This document shows positions 26,588 to 40,314 of a DNA stretch of 64,000 nucleotides, piece after piece. Numbering within the stretch: position 1 is the first letter of the stretch; each line of letters opens with the position of its first letter. The stretch is taken from positions 806,001-870,000 of the forward strand of contig NC_134029.1 of the NCBI RefSeq assembly GCF_964204645.1, in the 5' to 3' direction. This stretch comes from Tubulanus polymorphus (taxonomy: Eukaryota > Animalia > Nemertea). Position numbers and translations under genes: made by a program. Under the pieces are notes generated by a model that made no database searches, had not been told where the DNA came from, and saw only the letters and a program-made list of their open reading frames with translations.

Positions 26588-29500
26588 ATGGAAATGTTGC
26601 ATCACAAACCGTACGTCGATCTTTTGAAAATGGAGAAAAAATTGGATAGACGAATAACGATAAATGTGGGCGGTCGGAGACATGAAACCTGGGCGAGCAC
26701 ATTAGAAAGGATCCCGGGAACCAGGCTGGCTTTATTAGCGCATCTGATGGAAGCTGATGAAAGTTACGATTACGATAGAAAAGAATTTTTCTTCGACAGA
26801 AATCCGAACGTTTTCGCCGTGATTTTACACTATTATCGCTCAGAAGAATTACACGTTGATACGAATCTGTGCGGGAATGTCGTCAAAGGGGTAAGAACAG
26901 TAAAGAACAGTAAGAACAGTAAGAACAGTGAGAGCAGTAAGATAAGTAATAGTTGTAGGAACAATGAGAGCAGTAAAAACAGTAAGAGAATAGTAAGATT
27001 AGTAGGAGCGTTAAGAGTATAGTTAGAACAGTAAATGGTTAGCAAAGACAATTAGAGCAGTAAGATCAATAAGAATGGTGAGACTAGTAAGATTAGTAAG
27101 ATCAGGTAGAGAAAGAAGAGTAGTGAGAGCAGTAAGAATATTAGATGATCGCTTTATATCGTGTTAGAGCCTCTATTGATATGTATTATGACGTGTATTA
27201 CGTCATTACGCAGTTTCCAATACGTAATTTTCTCCATTAAGAAAAAAACGAAGAAATTACCGTTTTAGATTCCATGCATTTTATTCATTATATCGAAATG
27301 TAATATGCATAAAGATATGTTATTACGTGTTTTGATTTGATATCAGGTTAATGTGGCTTCTCCACGACTTCAATAATATCGGATAGTTCTTATATCATAT
27401 AATGATGATAATAATCTATTCGTTTATATTGCGCAGATCTATGAACTGAATCACCGCGCTGTACACCTTAAAACAGTAGATACCTCATACGAATTCCATT
27501 CGAATTGAAAATGTATATTAGTCATTCAAAACAAGTTGGATAAAAAAAGGGAAAGCTCCAAAAGTGGGCACACCGTACTCGTGATGAAATTGGGATGTTT
27601 TTCAAACAAATTCTAGGGTTTTTAAAGCATTTTGCCCGTATCGCCCAGTGAGGCGCTTCTTTATGATACCAATCACATTTACATATACTACGTGCTAATA
27701 AATTCAGTTCCCCGAAGTGCTGTTTTCATCGTGTATAAAACCTACATGAGATACAGCGATAAAACGTATTCCTCTCAGTTCGCGTTATTATTACGCAACT
27801 AAAAATCTACCGTAAAGATCATGAATCGGGCGGGAGAGGAACCGGAGAAAATTCTATTTCCGGATTTCGTGACGAATGGAAGAAAATATGAGAATTCAGT
27901 TTGCACTGGTCGACTGGTCGCAGCAGCGCAGTTTGTCGAGGTTTGTGAAAAACCCACGCGTTTCATCAATACGTTTGCGCTTGAAATCCTCGTGATAAAA
28001 CAATTTCGATTCGACTCAATTGTGATTTATGACTAACAAATATTTGTGTAGTCGCTACAACTGAAATAATACTTTATTTTACTCGATCACACAATTCTAG
28101 TCGAAGTCGACAGCGCGTAAATCATTTTTATTCTGTAATGATTTCAATTTCATGAATCTACAGAATAATATTTGAAATTTATCAACGTTATACATATTGC
28201 TGGCATAAATATATCTCGTACCTGCTTAGGGTTAATTCTGAATTGCCAGCCTCACCGAGAAGCCGATAGCCGATTAAACCAATCATTCAAGTTTAACTCT
28301 TTCGTTAAATTGGGACCAGTAAAATTTAGTTCAAATAGTCGCAGGCCCGTTTCTGATATAGGAAGGGGAACTTATTTCGGACACAAGCACCGACCCGATG
28401 AAAAAGAAATTCATCTAGTCTCTTGCTTCGAATGGAAAGCAGCGATATTTACGGGCAAACTATAATTTCTCAAGATTACGAATTAATCCGCGAATTGAAC
28501 AAGTCGTAATGAATAATAAAGAAGAAGACATTGATCCATCTTTGAGATGACAAGACAATTATCACACGAGCTCTCAGCGAGCTGCGTGTCCCAGGTAGTC
28601 CCGGATCCATAGTTACTCATCGAGTTGCTACGCGTTACTAAACATCGAAATCGTTTCAAACCGTATGAAATATGGATTGTATTATTATTGGATTCCCTGT
28701 TATTGTCAAGAATAGATTCTTCACCAGTCACTCTCTCAAACTCTATACAATACTATTCAATTGACTGATCATCGATTCTCATTTATTATTCAAAAGATGT
28801 TACCTCGTTGTCTTCCGCAAAACAAAACGTCATTTGTTTTTTTTACGGCCGTATAATGAATAATTGAACGTGTTATTGTGCGCTTTTCAATAGGAAATCA
28901 CGATTGAATTGTACTCATGTACGTTCCTAGAAATATCAATTAACCTTTGAATTTTGAAATGATATAAAACCCTACGAGCGCATAATGAAACTATACATCA
29001 AAAATATATATAAAACTGCGCATTCTTTCGGCTTCTTTACTTATAACGATATCATCAGATATGAATCAATCATGAGTTGTCATCTTACTTAGAAAGCGAA
29101 ATACATCGAAACGTGGTCGTTTTTCGTCATTTGGACAAGTCATCTCTATTATTCAGTGCCAATCTGTTGTATTTACGAAATGTTAGTCATCATTTGGATA
29201 AGTCGTCAACGTAATGATCGTTACAGCTATGTAGCTGGATGTGTTAAGCGAGTTTGACTGTATCAGGCCCTCCCATTATCCCACTCCCTGGATCAAAATA
29301 GATCTGTTTTACGGAACCGATTCGTTGTATAATGATTAATGAGCCTCTTAGATCCGGTCGTTAACAGTCTCAACTCGGCAATGTTATTCTTCGACCTGAA
29401 AAACGAAGAAAAAATCCACTCATTGCTTCGATGATTCTTTTATTTAGTTATTACTGCGTCGTCAGATTGGGTTCAATTCTCGCCGGTAAGACCGTCCGTC

Positions 29501-30652
29501 ATTTAGTGAATGTTAACGTATGGATTGTAGGAGCTGTAACGAGGTAATGAGGAGGTAATGAGGAGGTAATGAGGAGGTAATGAGGAGGTAATGAGGAGGT
29601 AATGAGGAGGTAGTGGTTGTCAATATCGCGTGCTACGATTCACTCATTACTACTCTCACTAATTGCTTTAATTGTCACTGTGACGCTGTCGAGTGAATCC
29701 GGATGACTTTATTACAAAATGAACTTAACACGCGAAGTGTCCATAGAAACTTGCCATCATCAGTATTTCATTTACTGTTCTACATAATAAGCAGAGGTTT
29801 AACCTTGAATTTCCAAAATGCCATCAGCCGTTAATGAAGGCCAATGGATAGCAGGAACGGAGCCAGTATGTTCCTGGCCTACACTTTTTAGCCAATTCAT
29901 CTTTTTAATACACTTTAACTTCAAACCCATAAGCTTGCTGTATGAGTTTAAGGGTGGAAACGGAATCTAAACAGACAAAGCTTTTAGGACTATCCTAATG
30001 ATGGCATATGTATTTCACATTTTCGCGCCTACAACTTTTAAAAATCACTGAATTGTCGTCGTTTTTGTTTGTGGTGTATGTGACGTGTGGGGCTTTGAAT
30101 TGTTTGTAGCTCCGCAAAAACTAGGACCAATGCCTCCTTCCATCGATGTCCATGCCTCTAAAACCATATGACAAGTCCTAAGCATCATTATACGATACAT
30201 GGAATCCATACAATGTTTATTCTATTTAGTATATAAAATCGGACACTTAATTTTCCATTAACATCAGCAATAAACTTGCAGGGGTCGTATGCGAATGAAA
30301 ATCAGGTATTGAATTAGTTATAATAACATAATACGAATGGAATTTTAAAGTTCATGTGAAACGGCCCCTGGGTACCTGAAGAAAACATCCCCAGAATGAG
30401 CAATCTGCTTATCAAAATATCAAATGTATGTACTGTTTATACTTAATGTGATATATCGAGTTGATATATCGAGTTGCTATTTCATGTGTCTGCGGGTATT
30501 TTTAGATTTTATTAGTCGTTCCTTTTTTTGCCGCTCGAAAATTGAATTCCTAATTGAATTAAAAAACGAACGTTTTCATTAGTTGCGGAATGCTAAATTT
30601 TCCAATATCGGCACAGAATTTCAAGAGCGCGAGAGAGAGAAGAGAGAGAAGG

Positions 30653-30697
<45 letters not shown>

Positions 30698-33600
30698 AGA
30701 GAGAGAAGGGAGAGGAGAAGGGAGAGCGAGAGAGAGGGGGAGAGGGGGAGAAGATAAAGAGAGGGAGGAGAGAGAGAGGGAGAGGGGGAGAAGATAGAGA
30801 GAGGGAGGAGAGAGAGGGAGAAGAGAAAGAGAGAGGAGAGAGAGGGGAGAGGAGAGAGGGAAGAGAGGGGATTAGATGGGAGAAAGAGAGTTAGGGGAGA
30901 GACTGAGGAGAGAGGAAAGCGGTATTAACATTTTTACCAACATGAATAATCGCTCTTTCAATAATCTGCAGACGGCGAGTTGGGGGATATCGATTCGTGT
31001 TGCCACGAGTAACCGCATCGTAAACTAAACTTTAATGGTATCCATTCTATTGTGTAGTTTACATCGAAATGAATTGTAAAACGAGAAAACACGTCTAATT
31101 AGAGTCGAACGCCGTAAACAGGTCTGGTTTTGCGTGGGTCGTAAAATGCGTTAAGGTGGCTAAAAGCCGGGACAATATAGGAAATAATTCAAGCGAAACA
31201 TTACACTCGGTTATTAGTTTCTAGTTTTATGGTTCGGCGGGTGTCTATTCGATGTATTACAAACACCGCAGTGAATTCACTGCCAAATTCAAAAAAATAA
31301 CGGTTAACGGAGACGCAAGAATCGCGCTTGGTGAATACTTTAAATAAAATGTCCGGCATACACTACACTACAAGCAGTTCTTTTCTCTAAGATTATAAGT
31401 ACGGTTACTCCTTTGTGTTCCGCTGAGTAGGTCTATATACTTTGTTAGATTTCTCATTCTCATTTTCAAGTTTGTGTGCAACTGTCCAATTATAACTATT
31501 ATTACACGTATTATAGATTTAACTGTAGAATCAAAATCCACGACCACCATTTTAAATAAAAAGTAATATCCCTAAATAACGTAATGAATGAAAGTTCGAT
31601 ATTCTTTACAAGGCGTGTTCGTTGAAAAAGATGTTGAATGATTTTTATACAGACTCGCTGGCGGTGATACAGGTCCCGGGAAACTGATTATTTATTTCCT
31701 TCGCGTCGCAGTCAGTTGTGTAGGCAAAATATCCGCTATCGGAAACTGAAACAATAGACGTAATAGAAACGGCTTCAGCGATATTAATCACATGAGACAA
31801 TAATCTGGTGTATTCAAGTAATGTCTTCGATGCATCCTGATACGTGACTTTCTCAACGCAACAGTCCAGTATTAATAACAACTATTTTTACTAATCAGTT
31901 TTTGATTGATTTTCGCTGCAACTAATTTTCATGTCGTATTTCTATTATCATTATTACATTTACGTCAGTTTTCTTTGTTTCGGAATCGTTTTCTGCGCGC
32001 GTGAAGTCACGTTGAATCACAATCTCGCATCATCAGCCAGTAGACACTGTATCTAATAATTTATCTTATTCTATTCTATTAACACATTTCAAATTACGAA
32101 GCGAAATTGGTATGAACTATGAAATTTGTTATGAAATTATTCTCATTTCGCCGACGTGATAAAGTTAACCTCACCCACTCAGAGGGAATGGCCAACTCAG
32201 ACTTTACTCGGACAAAAATGAAATAATTATTTTGTGACTTCCAAACGTATTTTCTGATCCTTAACCCGGGCTTCGCTTAGATCGACTATAGATTACAGAC
32301 AATTTATAGGTTAATCGTGAACTAATACTATTGAACTTTTTCACATTTAGGAGTTGTTATTTTGGGGCCTCGAAGAGTCGGATATCGAGCCGTGTTGCTG
32401 GGGAGCTTACAGCAGATTCACCGATCACAAGTCAACCCTGGCGGCCATTGATGAGACATTCGGGGCACATTTAAACGACGCCTGGGAGGAAGAACCGTCG
32501 AAATGGTTACGAACCAGACGGCGTATTTGGGCAGTACTCGAAGATCCATCAACTGGTCGATTAGCCAAGGTAAAAACTAGTGTTTGATTAGTTTTAATGG
32601 AGTCTTGTGTTTCCTCGTTGTTTGCCCAGAGTCAACAGCATACAGTCAGTTGACAGTCATCACAATCGTATTCAGAAATGAGAACAATATTCACAAGTCA
32701 ATCAACCCGAGTATTATATAAAGTAGTATCCACTCGACGAATTTCATATTCGGATCCTCGGCGAATAAGTCGTTATTGTTTTAGTATCGCTACCTTTTTT
32801 TCTGATTTGATGTTATATTCATTATGTTCCCTTAAAGAACCACCTCACACCTGTCAGTAGTGAAACAAGGCGATGGCATGCGGGGCTCAGTTTCACAGTT
32901 ATAGTTTCGATTTAGTGTAAGACCACCTTACTTATACAGCAGATGTAACAACTTGAAACCAGTCTTTTTATTTATTTTTAACACCTTTAGGTATCAAGAC
33001 CGTGGAACTTATCGCGGTTTTTTTTTCGATTTTCGTAGTGTAACAGTTCAATCATTGTCTGTGTTGTTTTTTTTCAGGCCTATGTCGTCGTGTCGATGTT
33101 TTTTGTATTGATGTCGATTGTGATATTCGTTCTGGAAACGCATTGTATGTTCCGTCGAGTGGTGATTCCGCTGAACACCACTCTAACCGCCTGCGAATAT
33201 AAAGATCTCAACTGGAAAGAACGCGAAGGAGTTTACAGAACCGAAGTTAAAGATTACATGGAGTTTTTAGATTACGTCTGTTTCGGTTATTTCGTGTTCG
33301 AGTTGATTCTCAGATTTATATTCGTACCGACGTTCAGGGAGATGGTTACTAAAGTTCACAATATAATCGACTTGATTTGCATCGTTCCGCATTTCGTGTC
33401 CGTTTTACTGAAGATAATCCAATCGGAAAATCAGTGGACGCCGAGCTTGCTCAAAGTAATCATGCTATCACGGGTTATACGCTTGCTGAGAATATTTCGA
33501 CTGATGAAACATTACATCGCCTTCAAAATACTCGTCTACACGATCAAAGTCAGCACGAAAGAACTGATGTTGATAATCGTTCTTCTGTTCACCGGAGTTC

Positions 33601-36230
33601 TAATATTCTCCTGTTTGATTTATATCGTCGAAAAGGAAACATTCGACAACATCCCTATCGGTATCTGGTGGGCTTTGGTAACCATGACTACCGTCGGATA
33701 CGGGGATAAAGTGCCCAAACGTGAGATGGGGTATCTTGTAGGAACGTGTTGCGTTATCTGCGGGGTTCTTACAATCGCGTTCACGGTTCCGATCGTTGTC
33801 AATAACTTCACGTTGTACTATTCGCACGCTACTTCACGGACAAAACTTCCGTACAAGTCCAAACGGAAGATAAAACCGATGAACAGTCCACCGACGACGC
33901 CCGACGATTCCGCTTCGTGTAAATCGGCTCGTCCCAAGTCGGGCAAACGTCCGGGATCGTCGTCGACGAAAGTCGAAAAGTTTAGCGCCGAAAATTCACC
34001 GTCCGATAAAAAATCGAGAAGTAAAGACGCGATGAAAGAACCGTTGAAGGAACCTCACGATTCGATCATTCGCTATCATCCTCCCGAGTACGCCACCAGT
34101 AAACAGGCGCACGCTAGCATGTACCCACCTACAGCACGTGATCCAGCCGTCCGTATCCGTCACGGTGCTAAACCGTCCGGTGGCGCCACCCCTGTAGAAG
34201 AAACTACAATTTATGATCTAGATCAACCTGAGATCGGTAAAACGATGGTATCGTTGGATTCTGGATACAGCAGTAATAGTAAAGTAAGTTTTATTTCACT
34301 AATCCATCATAAGCTAGGATTCGAACCTGATGGGTTCACCAGTCTCGGTGCGCACGCATGCTGCTTAGTTGTTGAAAAAGTGTCTACACCAATCAGAATC
34401 GCTTATGCAAATTCGGAATAACCCAGGCTAAAACGAAATGTGATTCCTGATTTGCTGATAATGACAATGGGGCATTATTGCGTATGTGTATTACAATATG
34501 TGTAATAAGGGTAGAGTCTGATGATTCCATCATGTTCGAGGGAGGGTCGAAATATCAAAATTCCTTAAATAATTTTGCATACGTCGTCGACATGTGCGCA
34601 CGGTATTAGTTCAGTATAGTACAATACAGTGCGCAGTTGTTTATTTTTCGCCTCTGAAAATTAATGGAAATCGGTGGAAATTTACGCGGCAAATATTCGT
34701 GTGAATAATTAATACGAGTCTGTCCGGCTTTTGTTTAGAAAGAATTACGTGGTGAGGAATACAGGCAAATAGAGAACGGCGGTTTAAGGCAAACTGTTGA
34801 ATGGTAAACATTATTAATAGATTTGCGATGATGTGAGAGAATGGGTCAACTGGTATTTATTACTAATGGAAACCACCCCCTGAAGCCATCCGTTCAACTT
34901 GTGCCATCCTCGCTTGCCAACAACGCACCAACAACGCAATCTCTGGTCGCAGTTCCTTCATTGGTCTATTATATCGCCCAAGATTTCTTGGGCGGAAAGG
35001 TTCCCGCTCGATGCCCACCAGTGTATATATCTAGCCACCAATTAGGTGCGTTGTACTGATGGAGATAATCTACCGGTGAAACGCAATGCATCTAATTGTC
35101 TTCCATCCGATGGAAATATCGAATATGGGAAATCATCAACCAGGGCCTCTCCTGTAAATCACTGAATATGTTGCGAAGTCGAGTCGAAAAAGCAAAAGGC
35201 TGCAGGACCTTTTCTATGCCTAAATTATGTATGTATTTGAACGAAAATGCTGACATGAAACACCGTTTTATAAATAGTTTATTTCGTAAGAGAGTTCAGG
35301 GTTTCAAGAGTGAAGGGTTTTTACATCTACACTAATCAGGAGAGTCGAGGCGAGTGTGAAGTATAATAGGTGTTCGGCTCTATCACAATTTAATCATATA
35401 GATATGAATATTTCAGGTTCGTAGAGTGCTATTCTGCACCAATTAGCGTCAAAATAAGCGGCTGTTGAGAAATGATTTTTTTTCAGCCGCTCTTTTCTAA
35501 CGGAAAAATATCATCATGGCCGCGGAATTTACGAGTAATAACATTGAAAACCTATAACAAGTCAAATACTGTATAGAAATCATAGTTTCTTAAATGGCCA
35601 AAAAAACACATTTTACATTTGGTTTTTGGATAAATTTTATTCGTTCTTGTAGCTAATTTTCTTACGTGGTGAAAATTGAGTATTTTACGTGTAGATAAAC
35701 CTGACACGTTGTCGTCGCAATTAAACAAAGTCAAAGTCATCGTCGATGTTATTTACTTATTATTCGACTACTGACGATGATTGATGAATATTGCGAGACA
35801 TGTTCGTTCTATCCAATCGGAATAAATTTCCCTCAATCAACACTTCACGTTTTCGTTGTCAATGGTCGATTTAAATTGAGCGATTTCACCATCAAACTTT
35901 ACATTATTCACTATATTTGCCAAGGCGTTCAAATTCATGACAATGACAAATCGTCGCCATTTATTCTATCCATAAACAAATGAAAAAAAAAATCTTCGAC
36001 GCATCATGATTTAAATGAAGGTGTATCACAAATATATGAACTTCTGTAATCATTTTTTTGTCTTATAGTTGGAAGACGAGAGTAGGCAGTTGCTAAGCGA
36101 CATGGCGGACGCTGACCGGAAGCGAATGGAGGAGCGCAGACGTCAGGTGATGTTGATGAAGAGTAAACGAGAGGAGGCGGCCAGGATGCATGGAAATAAA
36201 GACTCAACTCCAGTTGATAAATCAAAGTAA
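26588..36230 (+). CDS. Voltage-gated potassium channel, Shaw/Kv3-like, divergent
   Basis: Exons 26588-26890, 32351-32569, 33078-34283, 36069-36230 (or spliced on to a stop at 37380). T1 INVGGRRHET, FFFDRNP, Zn motif HX5CX20CC across the exon 1/2 junction, S4 RVIRLLRIFRLMKH, pore WWALVTMTTVGYGD, S6 AFTVPIVVNNFTLYYSH. Confidence 0.92.
26891..27140 (+). repeat. Degenerate 9-bp repeat (agtaagaac-like) at start of Kv intron 1
   Basis: gtaagaacagtaaagaacagtaagaacagtaagaacagtgagagcagtaag... Confidence 0.85.
29541..29613. repeat. 11-bp tandem repeat (gaggtaatgag) x6
   Basis: Directly visible. Confidence 0.92.
30279..30370. mobile_element. Short TIR element (MITE-like), intronic
   Basis: caggggtcgt ... 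acggcccctg termini, same end type as 12601-12744. Confidence 0.55.
30624..30917. repeat. GA-rich purine tract
   Basis: Directly visible; explains ORF 30583-30894. Confidence 0.95.
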
Positions 36231-39200
36231 GAACGAAGCGCTGGTTTTCGGGGAGGCTGCAGGTTTTCAGAAGATCGGTCGTTCAGGGGAGCTTGTTCAG
36301 AGCTGTGAACTGTCCGAAGAGGGCTGGATTAGGGCTGCTGGTTGGGTTGTGGATTGTCTGAGGAGGGCTAGTTCAGGGCTGCTGGTTGGGCTGTGGATTG
36401 TCTGAAGAGAGATAGTTCAGGGCGGCTTGTTCAAGGCTGTAGATTGTCTGAAGGAGTGGTCCGGTTTGTGTAATTGAGATTTGGGGTTTGGGGTTGATGA
36501 TACCTGTATTATTCAGGATATGAAATGTACACCAATGATTTATTTATAATGATCATTCATTCGATCCTAAAATGCTTTGAAGCTGTTTCACTGCAAATGC
36601 TGCCGTCAGCAATCTAGAAATTAGTTAAAATTTTAAAGGTAAAAATTGCTGACGTGTTTCATATCCTAATTCGGTGTCAATGACACATTGAAATGTCACT
36701 ATTTCAAGCGACATCTTTTTTTAAAGAAAAATCCCAAACCGAAGTGGCTGCGTTTAATCGATCGTGTCAAACATGGAAATGATTTTAAGTCCGTGTAACT
36801 GTGGTCTGCTGGTTCTTTAGAATCGCCTACGTGTTTCATTGAAAAGTAACCATGCAAATCGGTTTGATCAATCTCTCCTTAAAAGGTATAATTCGCGGTA
36901 AACATAATTCATAACGCCGTTTATTCTAGGTTACTGGGCAACTAACACATCAACTCTCTTAAACTTCATACAAACTACTATTTTGTAGCCCGGAGCCACC
37001 CCCCCCCCCCCACCCCTTAAGACATTCGATTCATTTGTATAGTGCGAAATGTGGACAATCAGTTTTTGAAAGTGTTCTGATAAAATATCTAATGTCTGGT
37101 GTTTGTAGTTCATTTCCGATTTGAAATGTGAAATTCTGAACACTTGTGGAGTGTGGATGAACAAAAACTGGAAGAATGGTTTGATAATAAAATGCCCGAT
37201 GGGTGAATGCAGGTTGAGGGGGTGCATGAGTCATTTTGAGGGAGAAGGATGTAAGGTATCTGCATGGGTAACGGTCGTTGTTCTTTCGACTGGAAATGTC
37301 TCGTACTTTTGAAAAAATATATTTACATAATGCATTGATATACTCAATTTATATCATTGTTATCTATTTTTAGGGAATGATGAATGGGTCTCAAACCAAA
37401 ATACGTTCTGCGATAATTCTGCTGATATAACAGACGCGCCTTAAGTAGTTTGTCATTATGGTGACCTGTGTAAAAATATGTCAATGATAATAAGAAATTT
37501 CGTGTTCTAGATTAGCGAATCGTAGCGGATGAGATAAGATAAACAAATAGCTAGGGTATTCTCTATCAATAAATCGATTGAATTTCTATTAGTTCAGCTT
37601 TGCCTTTTATTTTGTAAATGAGCTTATGAACTATGACTTTGTTGTTTTTGTCAAGACGGGAGGAAATCGAATATATTATATTTTACTTGTAAAAAACTCC
37701 GTCCATTAATTCAGTGTCATCTGCTTGAAATTGTACATAAAACTCTCTATTTACGATACAAACGTTTAAGAATAGCCGTAGTAATTATTTTTGTGTATGT
37801 GGCGATAATTTCTATATTTTTGTACTCGAAATATCGTGAAGTTAATTGAGTATCAGTAGAATAGAGCCATACTCGGTGAATATATCATATAATGAGGGAA
37901 CCGCGACCGTCGGGATGAGCATCCACTGCTACTTTGTGTTCTCTCGGTCAATTTCTTCTACGTTCCATTTATAATCGAATGAACTTGAATAAATCAACTA
38001 TTAATGAAAACCAATAACTTAGTAGAAATGTGAATTCTGTGACTCCTCTATGATAATGTATGGATTCGGAAGCTTAAAAATCCAGTTCTAAGTTGAATGA
38101 TAATGAACTTGGGCAAAGCAGGGAAGTGCGATGACACTTCCCTGGGCAAAGTAAGGCCGAGTTGAGTACTAGTCACGCCATTTGGGCAGCCGATAGCACG
38201 GTGACGTCACGATTGAGTTTGAAAGAAAGTGCCCACTCGCATGCCACCGTAAGCAATAGCGCGCCTCGTCAGAATGTACCGTCAGGTGCTGCCCCTATAC
38301 AAAACATTAGCGGCAAAATCATGAACTAACAGCAATTTAGAGATAGCCACAATCGGACATGATTAAAATCTACTGATGAGTAACTGACGAAGCTCAGAAA
38401 CGTCGTTCCTCTTTGAATCGATCTCATCAACTTCTTCTTTTTATCTTTTTTATTTGTACAGTAGAGTAATTTTGAAGTGTTTCATGTATATTGAATTCTA
38501 ATCATTCGTTGCGGATCTTTTCTACGAAGGCATTTAAGCGCTTAAATGACACAAAAATGACAAATTATGCGTGTGAAATAAATAGAAATCAACTCAACTG
38601 TTTTAATGAAGAACTACAATCAATGGAAATTTCTGCCACCATTAGGTTAAACTGCCTTCTTGTTCCCGGTGCTGCAGATTAAACTTCTTCATCCGTCCTT
38701 TTCACCAATAGTCGAAAACCACCGACTCTAAAATACTGAATCTAAAGTTTGTCCACTGCTTAAATACTGCTGATCAATGTATTTTTCGTAATTTTTATTA
38801 GTTTACAATCAAAACTTGTATTCACGTGTAAGTAAAAGTCTGATTTTTAGAATGGTTTACTGTATAATATAACAGCTTAAGTGTGTATCAACTTAGGCAC
38901 TACCATAGGGAAGGGTCCTCACAATATTGGTCAGGCTATGTTGAATTGAGTCTCCGAATGAGTGAAAATAAACAATCGTATTTTTTTCTGTGTTCGAACG
39001 TTTTTAACTCATATTCGTGATTGAGTGAAAACGGCTACAATAAACGAAATACTTGATGCAATTATACCTGACGTTTAGGCTATTTTTGTTCGCTGATTAT
39101 GACTGATTTTGTTTAATCATGTTTTTGTGGCTGTAACGACTTTGTCAACACTAATAAAAGCGATGCATTTTGCTGAGATTTTCATCGTTTTTTAATTCGC

Positions 39201-40314
39201 CGTTTTTGCCTACGCGTTTTTTCCTCGTTTCACCCGTATTTGCATAGTTGCGTTCGTCATTATGCGCACAGGATGGGTTTCTTTAGCGGCGCAATTAGAA
39301 ACGCTACGTCCGTCCTTACGTCCGGATTCGAACTACCAAATTTCCTGCTAATTTCAGTGAAATTAAGCATTCGGTTTCTGCTTCCAAACGTCAGCAGTCT
39401 ACTGATATTGAACACAGAATGAAACTGAGACGTATTCATTTTTAATAAAAATGACGCGACAAAAGTCCGGCCTTATATCTAGAAGTACTCGTATAAATCA
39501 ATGCAGGCATTTTATTCAGTAACATAATATTGACATACACGACTCTTACATTTGACGATAATAACCATTAACACAAAACAGCACAGCGCAATGGATGCCG
39601 GAATAATGGAGCGCAGTGCTACTTGTGTGAGCTGAAACGACGAACGAAATATCCGTATAATAAAAGAAAGCCGATGTATTAACTAATACACGCAAGGTGG
39701 GATCATCGTCAACACTTGTAACAATGCATTGTGCCGTTGGTTTCTTGACAGTTTACTGCACAGTAAATAATGATGACGTGTTATTAGGTCGTGAATTCTC
39801 ATACGTCTATCACACGCCATCTAGCGGATAATTCTATATTTTTTCTGACAATTCTTTGTGTCTAGAAATATTCGTTTAAGACCGTGAAATCGACTCAACT
39901 TAAACTCCAGACTTCTGCCATTCAATCAATAGTTTAATCATTCCCACATTCATTCTTAGAATAACGAGATTGGCACGAAGAACAATGCTTATCTGATTTT
40001 AGAAATAGGAATAGTATTTCATGATAAAAACCCATAAACCACGATAGATAATTTGAAGTAGTTCATATTTTATCTAACGACTGTAGTCTTTCTTATATAA
40101 TAACTATTGTTATTATGGCATTTATTGCGGATTATTAGTCCATATTGCTTTTACATTTTGAACATGAATAATATGATAAGTTACGCATGATAACTGCTCA
40201 TTAGAAATCTATTCCAGTATATCGAGGATTTCATAAATGAAGCAGATTATTCAATCAAATAATACTTCTGTCATTGGTAACTTTTGTTCAGCCGCAGTTG
40301 GTAATATTCTTCAA

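Noticed and set aside
34284-34421. C-terminal tail of ORF 33090-34421
   Set aside because: Follows a perfect AAA|gtaagt donor; the in-phase exon at 36069 gives a more protein-like continuation.
38373-38407. Second hammerhead-like motif ctgatgag...ctgacga...gaaacgtcg (weaker ones near 52926 and 40840)
   Set aside because: Stems I and II cannot be formed convincingly; at most decayed remnants.
39324-39333. B-box-like GTTCGAATCC on the minus strand suggesting a tRNA
   Set aside because: No cloverleaf, acceptor stem or matching A-box could be built.
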